Of a stretch of DNA of 64,000 nt, positions 56,741 to 64,000 are shown piece after piece. Source of the stretch: Candidatus Pacearchaeota archaeon (GTDB taxonomy: Archaea > Nanobdellota > Nanobdellia > Pacearchaeales > JAHJTO01). The DNA lies in NCBI GenBank assembly GCA_038849525.1, contig JAWCMS010000001.1:296222-360221 (forward strand). The letters run 5' to 3'. The stretch's first letter is position 1. Each line of letters starts with the position of its first letter. Made by a program: the position numbers and the translations under genes. The notes below the pieces were generated by a model. The model was not told the origin of the DNA. It ran no database searches and worked only from the letters and a program-made list of their open reading frames with translations.

Positions 56741-57283
56741 ATGAAACGTCAAATTCTTCTAAAAGTTTTAGTTTTTATTATTTTTCTAACATTAGTTGTG
56801 AATATCTTATTTTTAACAAATCCTGGATTGAGAGATATAAAGTTTTTAGAAATTAAAAGTGCTGTAGTAGAAATAATTAATGATGCAAAGGAAAATATAC
56901 AAAAAAATTTTGTAGTAGATAAGAAATCTTCTGATGGTAAAGAAGATCGGGCTAATTATTCTAATCTAACTAATACCCCATTAGTAAATTTTGATGCCAA
57001 AAATAATGAAGGATGTCTTAACAAATTTAATTTATCAAGGAATACAATAATATTTTATCATCTTGATGAGTTACATAGCAATAATATGAAGCCTATCGTA
57101 AGAGAACTAGAAAAAAATTATAGTTTTTATTGGAATAATAATCTTTCAAATAATGAGTTTAATAATTGTTTTGGATATTCGAGTGGCTCTATTCCAACGT
57201 TTATCTGTGCAGGAACAAAACAACAAATTGTTGGTGAGATATCAAAATCAGTTCTTGAATCATTCGCAATCGCATGTCAGTAA
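56741..57283 (+). CDS. Membrane-anchored thioredoxin-fold-like protein lacking CxxC
   Basis: N-terminal TM; IIFYHLDELHSNNMKPIVRELEK aligns to FY...CxxC..MKP; cis-Pro-like IPTF. Confidence 0.6.
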   Translation: MKRQILLKVLVFIIFLTLVVNILFLTNPGLRDIKFLEIKSAVVEIINDAKENIQKNFVVDKKSSDGKEDRANYSNLTNTPLVNFDAKNNEGCLNKFNLSRNTIIFYHLDELHSNNMKPIVRELEKNYSFYWNNNLSNNEFNNCFGYSSGSIPTFICAGTKQQIVGEISKSVLESFAIACQ

Positions 57284-57316
57284 TATTTAAATAATTCTTT
57301 ACTTTTTAGTAAAATT

Positions 57317-60300
57317 ATGTTTAAGAAAAAAAAGAGGATAATAAAAATAGAGCATGTTATTATTCTTTTCTCAATTTTTTATATTCTAATTTTTTTTCTT
57401 TCAACTATAGAAGAATCAAGAATGGTTATCACAGGTCTTCCTGTAGCAGATGAAATTATTCAAGAAATAAATGAAAATAATGAAGCAGGCGTTATTGTAA
57501 TATTAAACTCAGAACTATCTACTCAAGATATTCTTTTAACTTTAAATGAAGATGAATTCAAGTTGAAATATCAATATAACATAATAAATGGTTTTTCAGG
57601 AAATGTTACTCTTGCTGGACTAAAAAAATTATCAAAAAATTCAAATGTTATAGGAATTTATCCTGATGAGAAATATGAGTTCTTTTTGGATAAGTCAGCT
57701 TATTTGATAAATGCTACAAAAGTTTGGCAAATGCAATACAATGGAATTAATTTGACTGGTAAAGATGTTTCTATTTGCGTTATAGATAGCGGAGTTAACG
57801 ATTCTCATCCTGCTTTGGCTGGAAAAGTTATCGAGGGTTATAATTTTGTAAATAATACAACTGATTATACAGATATTTTAGGTCATGGTACAAAAGTCGC
57901 AGGAATTATTGTATCTAATGATGCAGTTTATAGGGGCATAGCTCCAGATGCAAAAATTATAGCGATGAAAGTAAGTAGCGATAGCGAGATTATTGCAGCA
58001 ATTGAGTGGTGCTTGAATAATGCTTCAAAGTATAATATCTCTGTTATTTCAATGAGTATGGGAAATGGATTTTATAATAATCAGACCTTGTGCGATTCTC
58101 TTCCAGTCTCTCTAGCAGCAAATAAGGCGAAAGCTAAAAATGTTCTTTTTGTTGCAGCTTCTGGAAATAATGGTTTAGACAATAAAAATGTGATTGCAAG
58201 GCCTGCGTGTGCTTCAAATGTTACATCTGTTTCGGCAACTTTACAAGATGATTCTGTATGGGAAAAATCACAAACAGCACTATTTTTGGATTTATTTGCT
58301 CCAGGAAATGCAACCTCAACGGATATTAATGGTGGGTTTTCTTCAGGATGCGGAACTTCTATGGCAACACCGCATGTAGCTGGAGCAGCAGCTTTAATCT
58401 ATCAATATGAAAAATTAATGAATCTTAATGCAACTCCTGATGAAGTTGAAAAACTTCTTAAATTAGGCGGAAAACCAATTTATGATCCTGCTAGTGAAAT
58501 AAACTTTTCAAGAATAGATATCTTTAATTCGATAAATCTTGTTTATATAATCAATGTTTCAGATAATTCCTTTTCAAATAATAATGCAAAAGTAAAATTC
58601 AATTCACAAACAGATTTAACCGGGATCATAGATGCTTTTAACCTTTCTTATAATTTAATAAGCCTTAATTCAGATGGCTATCAAAAATTCAATAAATCAG
58701 CTACCTTAACATTGTACAATCTGAATTTTACAAAAACACCATTGATTTTAAAAAATAGCGATTTATGTCTCGATTGTTCTATTATTTCTTACAATGGAAA
58801 TCTTACATTTTATGTTCCTCATTTTACAAATTATTCTGCAGAAGAAAATTCTAAATTAGAAATATGGGATTCTTTTGATCCTGGAATGCCTTATTATTCT
58901 GGCAATTCTACTTCTAGAATAAATCAAACAGTTTATTTCTTTGCGAACTATACAAACAGGACTTCTAACCAAATTGATAATACTGCGTCCTGCAACATAA
59001 CTTTTGCAGATTCTTCTGGATTGATGTGGTTCAATGAAACAAAAAATATTTTTGAGTATTCAAGGAATTTTTCATCATTAGGGCAGAAATTATATAGCAT
59101 TTCATGTAATTCAACGCAACTTGAGCCTTTAATTTTGTCAGATTTTATATGGGTAACAGGGTGCATTTATCCTGGTCCAAATATAAATTGGACAATTAAT
59201 GAGAGCACAGGAGATGTTTATTGTAAATCAGAAGCTCTTTTAATTAATAATACTGACATCCTAGTCCAAGATGGATATTCTTTAACTTTAGAAAATGTCA
59301 ATCTGACTTTGATTGCAGTGACTAATAAAATTAATATCTCGGCAAATGCGAATTTTACAGTTAAAAATTCAACACTTGCTGGAATGAATGGAGGCAATGA
59401 GCTAGCGATATATAATTTAGGGAGGATGAATTTATCTCAATCAACTTTTACTTATACTTTTTTGGATGTCAGTGGGAAGAATACAAATTATATTGATTTC
59501 TCTTTCTTTTATGGTCCAGTTAATTTCAAAGAGAATTCTACAAATTATATATACGGTTCTTATTTTAATGATACTGTAGATTTTAGGGAAAATTCTAATA
59601 GCATAGTTTCAAGTTGTATGCTTGAAGGTTGGGGATATGTTTATTTTAGGAATAATGCTGTGATAAACTTTTCATACTCAAACATAACAAAAGTCAATCC
59701 TTCACTATTTTATGTTAATCCCCTTATATTTGGAAATGTGAATTTCTCTTCGGTTGACATAATTATTGGAAATGTAACAAGATATTATCCTGTCTTAGTA
59801 AGATATTCAGGGACAGGAAATCCTGTTGTGAACAAGTCAGTCAATATAACAAATTACTTTGGAAATTTGGTTTGGAGTGGGACAACTGATTCAACTGGAA
59901 GGGTTATAGCAATCTTAAATTTAAACAGAACAAATTTCGGAGAAGGAAATTTCACAATTTCAGTCAATCCGTCATCAGATATTTCATTGTCAACTGATAC
60001 ACCTATTATTTTAGAAGTTTCAGATTTAGAACCTCCAATATGGTATGGAAATAATACTATCCCAGACTCAGGCGCAGTTTATGATCCTTATTTACCCTAT
60101 CAGTTAATAATAAGATGGGATGATAACAATGCTCTTTCAGATGTATGGTTTGAACATAACTTTTTTGGGAATATGAAAAATTATTCAACTTCTAGTATTT
60201 CAGGTAATAGTTATTATTATAATTTTAATAATCTCGCCGCAGGAAGTTACCTGTGGAAAAGTTGCGCAAATGACATTTCTGGAAATTCAAACTGTTCTGA

Positions 60301-61120
60301 TCAGTGGAATTTTATTGTAAATAAGGCATCTTCTTCCTGTTCGCTTGTTTTTGATAAAACTTCTCCACAATCTTTTGGGACAGAAATAAATGTTTCTTGT
60401 TCTTGTAGCAATCCAGAAGCAGAAACTAAACTATTTAGAGATAATGAAGACGTAACAGTGACTGAAAATAACAAATTAGTTATATTGGCAGAAGGGATAC
60501 ATAATTATGTTTGTAATGTTTCTTCAAGTCAAAATTATTCTGATTATAGTATTACTGGCAACTTTATAATTTTAAGAAGCCAACAACAACCGGCTGGAGG
60601 AGGCGGTGGAGGCGGACAACAATCTTTGATATGCAAGGAAAATTGGCAGTGCTCAGAATGGAGTGAATGCATCAATGGAATGCAGAAAAGAATCTGCAAT
60701 GATTTAAATAATTGCAATACAACAATAAACAAACCATTGGATGAAATATATTGTTCAAATAGAAAAAATTCTAATGTTCCTTTAATTGAAAAAATAGAAA
60801 ATATATATAAAAAAGAAACAGAAAATTTACTTGCACCTAGAGAAGAATGTAAAATAAATTGGCTTTTTATTTTTGCTAATTTATTAATTTTAATAATTTA
60901 TTGCATTTCTTTTACCAAATGGAAAAGCAAAAAACAGAAAAAATGGTTAATTAATTCTTTAATAAGCATTACTGCTTTTGTTGTTATTGCTTTGTTTTCT
61001 TATCTTGACTGCAATAAAAGTTTATGGTTTATACTCGGATTGCTTTTTCTTGCAATTGTTTTTACTTTTTCTATTATAAAAATTAAAAAAAGAAAAGTTA
61101 ATAGAAAGATTTATAAATAA
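57317..61120 (+). CDS. Membrane-anchored subtilisin-like (S8) serine protease with I9-like propeptide and long C-terminal stalk
   Basis: Catalytic triad VIDSG, GHGTKVAG, GTSMATPHVAG; oxyanion AASGN; Gly7 linker, TSP1-like module, C-terminal TM helices. Confidence 0.95.
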   Translation: MFKKKKRIIKIEHVIILFSIFYILIFFLSTIEESRMVITGLPVADEIIQEINENNEAGVIVILNSELSTQDILLTLNEDEFKLKYQYNIINGFSGNVTLAGLKKLSKNSNVIGIYPDEKYEFFLDKSAYLINATKVWQMQYNGINLTGKDVSICVIDSGVNDSHPALAGKVIEGYNFVNNTTDYTDILGHGTKVAGIIVSNDAVYRGIAPDAKIIAMKVSSDSEIIAAIEWCLNNASKYNISVISMSMGNGFYNNQTLCDSLPVSLAANKAKAKNVLFVAASGNNGLDNKNVIARPACASNVTSVSATLQDDSVWEKSQTALFLDLFAPGNATSTDINGGFSSGCGTSMATPHVAGAAALIYQYEKLMNLNATPDEVEKLLKLGGKPIYDPASEINFSRIDIFNSINLVYIINVSDNSFSNNNAKVKFNSQTDLTGIIDAFNLSYNLISLNSDGYQKFNKSATLTLYNLNFTKTPLILKNSDLCLDCSIISYNGNLTFYVPHFTNYSAEENSKLEIWDSFDPGMPYYSGNSTSRINQTVYFFANYTNRTSNQIDNTASCNITFADSSGLMWFNETKNIFEYSRNFSSLGQKLYSISCNSTQLEPLILSDFIWVTGCIYPGPNINWTINESTGDVYCKSEALLINNTDILVQDGYSLTLENVNLTLIAVTNKINISANANFTVKNSTLAGMNGGNELAIYNLGRMNLSQSTFTYTFLDVSGKNTNYIDFSFFYGPVNFKENSTNYIYGSYFNDTVDFRENSNSIVSSCMLEGWGYVYFRNNAVINFSYSNITKVNPSLFYVNPLIFGNVNFSSVDIIIGNVTRYYPVLVRYSGTGNPVVNKSVNITNYFGNLVWSGTTDSTGRVIAILNLNRTNFGEGNFTISVNPSSDISLSTDTPIILEVSDLEPPIWYGNNTIPDSGAVYDPYLPYQLIIRWDDNNALSDVWFEHNFFGNMKNYSTSSISGNSYYYNFNNLAAGSYLWKSCANDISGNSNCSDQWNFIVNKASSSCSLVFDKTSPQSFGTEINVSCSCSNPEAETKLFRDNEDVTVTENNKLVILAEGIHNYVCNVSSSQNYSDYSITGNFIILRSQQQPAGGGGGGGQQSLICKENWQCSEWSECINGMQKRICNDLNNCNTTINKPLDEIYCSNRKNSNVPLIEKIENIYKKETENLLAPREECKINWLFIFANLLILIIYCISFTKWKSKKQKKWLINSLISITAFVVIALFSYLDCNKSLWFILGLLFLAIVFTFSIIKIKKRKVNRKIYK

Positions 61121-61175
61121 AAATACCAATTTGAAATATAGTTTTTGATATAATTGTTATAAGGCTAAGGAAAAA

Positions 61176-61448
61176 ATGACTGGAAAAGATTTATTTGATG
61201 TATTCTTTAGAAAAAAGCCAGCACTGATGCTTATAGCCCTAAAACGTTCTGGAAGGGCGAGGTATGGAAGCATTCTGGCAAAAGAAGTTGATTGCACTTA
61301 CAGTCACGCAGTGAAAATTTTACAGAGTCTCGAAAAAATAGGCCTTGTTGTTTTTGAGAAAAAAGGAAGAATAAAGCTGATAAAGCTCACAAAGAAAGGC
61401 TTAGAAATTGCAGACCATATCGAGAAAGTAAAAGAATTACTTTCTTAA
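61176..61448 (+). CDS. Small winged-helix (MarR-like) DNA-binding protein
   Basis: Y.S.LAKEVDCTYSH.VKIL..LE..GLV.F.K.GR.K.I.LT.KG. Confidence 0.85.
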   Translation: MTGKDLFDVFFRKKPALMLIALKRSGRARYGSILAKEVDCTYSHAVKILQSLEKIGLVVFEKKGRIKLIKLTKKGLEIADHIEKVKELLS

Positions 61449-61521
61449 ATTTAAATAAGCATCGGTTCTTGAGAGGTGATGCCTTATTCAGAACTATATC
61501 TCATTTAAATAGAAATTCTTG

Positions 61522-62091
61522 CTAAGCTCTGCTTTTACTTTCTCCAAGAATAATTCCAGACGCTATAATATGAGAAATGCGGATTGGCTCTGGAATTAAT
61601 GAATGTGTTGTTGAGATTTTGATGATTTCAGATGCTTTTTTATCTGAAATTCCTGCAGTTTGGAAATAAATCTTTTTTCCTTTTATCTTTTCAGAATAAA
61701 CTTGTCCAGCCTTTTTTATTAAATTCATTTTTTCCTGCTGATTTATCTTTTTTAATGCTTTCTGAATTTTTTTGAAATTAGGTTTTTTTCTTATTACGAC
61801 TATAACTGGTAGTTTTGTTTTTTTCCATAACTCATGTATGTTTATAACATTAAAACCTCCGACTGCTATTCCATTTAGCATTATGCACTGAAGCTGACCA
61901 AAATGCTTTGATTTTCTTATTAACTCTATAATTTTCTTTGTGCTATCATTACCGTCTACTTTGCAAAAAGTTCTTATAACACCATCAAGCCATTCTCCGC
62001 CTCTGAAAATAGTACCTACGACGAGAGTATTTTTGTCTCCAAGTTTATATGAGTCGTCTATTCCAAGGATTCTGAATTCACGCTTTATCAT
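61522..62091 (-). CDS. DUF99 family endonuclease V-like nuclease
   Basis: RILGIDD, VDG.DST, GIAVGGFNV, IPEP.R.SH.IASG. Confidence 0.9.
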   Translation of the reverse strand: MIKREFRILGIDDSYKLGDKNTLVVGTIFRGGEWLDGVIRTFCKVDGNDSTKKIIELIRKSKHFGQLQCIMLNGIAVGGFNVINIHELWKKTKLPVIVVIRKKPNFKKIQKALKKINQQEKMNLIKKAGQVYSEKIKGKKIYFQTAGISDKKASEIIKISTTHSLIPEPIRISHIIASGIILGESKSRA

Positions 62092-62099
62092 CTCTTAAG

Positions 62100-62201
62100 C
62101 GGGCCCGATGGGATTTGAACCCACGACACCCTGATAACTTTGTCACAGGAAAACCTGCGAATTAAGAGTCAGGTGCTCTATCCAGGCTGAGCTACGGGCC
62201 C
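62100..62201 (-). tRNA. tRNA-Lys(CTT) with 27-nt intron at 37/38 (intron 62136-62162)
   Basis: GGGCCCG/CGGGCCC acceptor, CCTGA CT CTT A^A TCAGG after intron removal; intron hairpin GCAGG-TTTT-CCTGT. Confidence 0.93.
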
Positions 62202-62228
62202 TTAATAATCGAAAAATAAAATAGCTAT

Positions 62229-62531
62229 TTAAGTATATTGCCGCCAAGTATGCTTACATTTTGTACATCTGAAAAAATTTGTCGGAGATTCGTCTGCGCC
62301 TCTTGTTTGTATTTGCCAGAAATATGCTTTTTTATTGCCACATTTTTCGCATTGTATGTCTATTTCTGGAAGAGATGATTCTTCTTTTTCAATTATAGAA
62401 ATAGATTTTTTTTCTGGAATTTTTTCAGAAGTTTTAATGCTTACTGCCCCTTTTGTATAACCGCATTTTAGACAGATAAATTTTTCTTCTTTCTTTTTCA
62501 GCAGTATTCCGCATTTTGGACAGAATTCCAT
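62229..62531 (-). CDS. tfs: Transcription factor S (TFIIS/Rpo12-M-like), copy A
   Basis: FCPKCG...CLKCG; CEKCG..AYFW.IQTRGADE..T.FFRCTKC..W. Confidence 0.93.
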   Translation of the reverse strand: MEFCPKCGILLKKKEEKFICLKCGYTKGAVSIKTSEKIPEKKSISIIEKEESSLPEIDIQCEKCGNKKAYFWQIQTRGADESPTNFFRCTKCKHTWRQYT

Positions 62532-62552
62532 TTTTTATTGGTATAGATCATT

Positions 62553-62861
62553 TTAGGCATATTCACGCCACGTATATTTACACTTTGTGCATCTAAAAAA
62601 TCTTGTTTCAGCTTCGTCTGTTGCCCTCATTTGAGTTTCCCAAAAATATGCTGTTTTATTTCCACATTTCGGACATACAGCAGAAGTTACAGGCCATACA
62701 CTTGCTTCTTTTTCCTTAAACAAACCTATTTTAGTTTTTTCGCCCATCCTTTCAGAAGAAGTTATTTTAACTTTTTCTTTGGCTGCTCTACCACATTTAG
62801 GACAAGAAAATTTCTTTCTTTTTTGTACGAGCAGTAAACCGCATTTAGGACAAAATTGCAT
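62553..62861 (-). CDS. tfs: Transcription factor S, copy B
   Basis: FCPKCG...CPKCG; CPKCG..AYFW..QMRATDE.ETRFFRCTKC..W. Confidence 0.93.
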   Translation of the reverse strand: MQFCPKCGLLLVQKRKKFSCPKCGRAAKEKVKITSSERMGEKTKIGLFKEKEASVWPVTSAVCPKCGNKTAYFWETQMRATDEAETRFFRCTKCKYTWREYA

Positions 62862-62948
62862 TTTATCTGTTTTTTTATTTATTTCACCTATTTTTTTAAT
62901 TTAAAAATCTAACGTTTTATTAGATTATAAAATAAATTAAGCATTTGA

Positions 62949-63509
62949 TTAAAACATCTTAAAAAAATCGACAAATATAAGCTTAATCCATCCTAACCAA
63001 GGAATTCTAGCTATTGCTTTTCCAACTACTTGTTCTTTTTTTATCTCTTTTTCATAACTCAGTTGGTAAGGATTATGATCTCCTTTTGTTGAATAAGTAT
63101 CATTGGTTTTATTAATAATCCTATGAATTATTGGAGTAGGCTGCTGATGGATCCTGAAAACTATTACATCGCCCACTTCATAATCTTTTTTACCTTGAAT
63201 AATCATTATATCCCCTTTATCAAAGCCATTTTTTAATGGAAAATTAATAAATGATTCTTTTGTGATGCCAATTTTTTCATAAAAACTTCCATATTGTTGC
63301 CAAAATTGGTCAAAATTTGTTTCATGAAGCATGCTTGTTGATTCTACTACAACCATTGGTAGTGAGGAAGCAAAAATTAGACTTAATAAAGGAAAGAAAA
63401 TAAACTTTACAATAATAAATGCTAAAATCAAATCAGCAATCCAACTTAAAAGAGAATTAGATTCCCATAGAAAATACCATATTTTTTTTAAGGTATTATT
63501 TTTTACCAT
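62949..63509 (-). CDS. sec11: Signal peptidase I (archaeal Sec11-type)
   Basis: VV.STSM.H, GD, PIIHR, TKGDHN, IP.LG.IK. Confidence 0.9.
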   Translation of the reverse strand: MVKNNTLKKIWYFLWESNSLLSWIADLILAFIIVKFIFFPLLSLIFASSLPMVVVESTSMLHETNFDQFWQQYGSFYEKIGITKESFINFPLKNGFDKGDIMIIQGKKDYEVGDVIVFRIHQQPTPIIHRIINKTNDTYSTKGDHNPYQLSYEKEIKKEQVVGKAIARIPWLGWIKLIFVDFFKMF

Positions 63510-63635
63510 ATTAATACGAAGGAAATAATAGTTTTAAACTTTTTTAGTCCGTATTCAAAAAACGAAAGATTTAAATAGTAGATACATTTATGTATACACA
63601 GCAAAAATATACATTATTGTGTTCACTAACCAAAA

Positions 63636-64000
63636 ATGGATTTATTTGAAAATATTGTTTTGTGTAAGGATTGTGGCAAGAAGATGAAGCCGGATTTTGT
63701 TGAGAAAGAAGGCTTTAAAATAAGGGCATTAAAATGCCCTTCTTGCAGTAATAAAATCTTACACCCTTCCGATTTAAATGAATATAATAAGTTTAATTCT
63801 CTAAAAAACAGACAATTCCATGTTAAGTTACGGCTCGTTGGAAATTCTTATACTGTTTCAATTCCAAGAGAGATTGTCAATTTTATTAAAAATGATGAAA
63901 CTGAAAATATTCATCAAAAAATGCAAGAACATGTTAAGAAGCAAATGCGTGCTATGGAAAAAATGGTTACTTTAGCGATGGAAGAAGCTAATAAAATTGC
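63636..64000 (+). CDS. Zinc-ribbon plus AbrB/SpoVT-like DNA-binding protein, 3'-partial (not in ORF track)
   Basis: Hand translation MDLFENIVLCKDCGKKM...CPSC...VKLRLVGNSYTVSIPREIV; frame open to the window edge. Confidence 0.8.
   Translation, partial: MDLFENIVLCKDCGKKMKPDFVEKEGFKIRALKCPSCSNKILHPSDLNEYNKFNSLKNRQFHVKLRLVGNSYTVSIPREIVNFIKNDETENIHQKMQEHVKKQMRAMEKMVTLAMEEANKI

Noticed and set aside
61454-61494. preQ1-I or fluoride riboswitch match
   Set aside because: Only a partial GGTTCT loop resemblance, no A-rich tail or fluoride consensus, and located 3' of both flanking genes
394-63528. Numerous 60-195-aa ORFs in the track antisense to, or nested in, called genes (e.g. 394-660, 4461-4793, 31669-32073, 34963-35550, 48190-48630)
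   Set aside because: Shadow frames of well-supported genes, with Ser/Phe/Ile/Leu-rich composition typical of antisense translation of AT-rich coding DNA and no motifs

Overview
Gene-dense, visibly AT-rich archaeal chromosome segment. The informational genes (MCM, aIF-2beta, aIF-1A, aRF1, NAC, Rpo11, TFS, RadB, topoisomerase IA) are archaeal. No central-metabolism or biosynthesis genes are visible, the tRNAs lack encoded CCA and there are several very large sequon-rich surface proteins; together this suggests a DPANN symbiont such as Pacearchaeota/Woesearchaeota (inference, no search run). Housekeeping blocks alternate with three surface-protein islands (5.2-18.9 kb, 48.6-51.6 kb, 53.1-61.1 kb). 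Six tRNA genes are present, one with an intron. No rRNA, CRISPR array, IS element, integrase or intein was recognised. The strongest leads are: (1) a ribbon-helix-helix (RHH) domain fused in front of the signal peptide of a DNRLRE/TSP1-like surface protein, with a 10-bp-phased TATACTT array between two divergent TATA boxes and a divergent cytoplasmic metzincin, plus an unfused 45-aa RHH gene (absent from the ORF track) coupled to another surface protein 10 kb away; (2) a tRNA-Pro gene with anticodon AGG, although A34 tRNAs are essentially absent from Archaea; (3) a GAIN/ZU5/Nup98-like HF-T candidate autoproteolysis motif shared by a 3206-aa surface protein and a membrane-anchored subtilase; (4) a TSP1-like Cys/Trp module reused in four proteins; (5) a secreted beta-barrel-like protein; (6) a bacterial-type split MetRS. 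All family calls come from motif recognition by eye.
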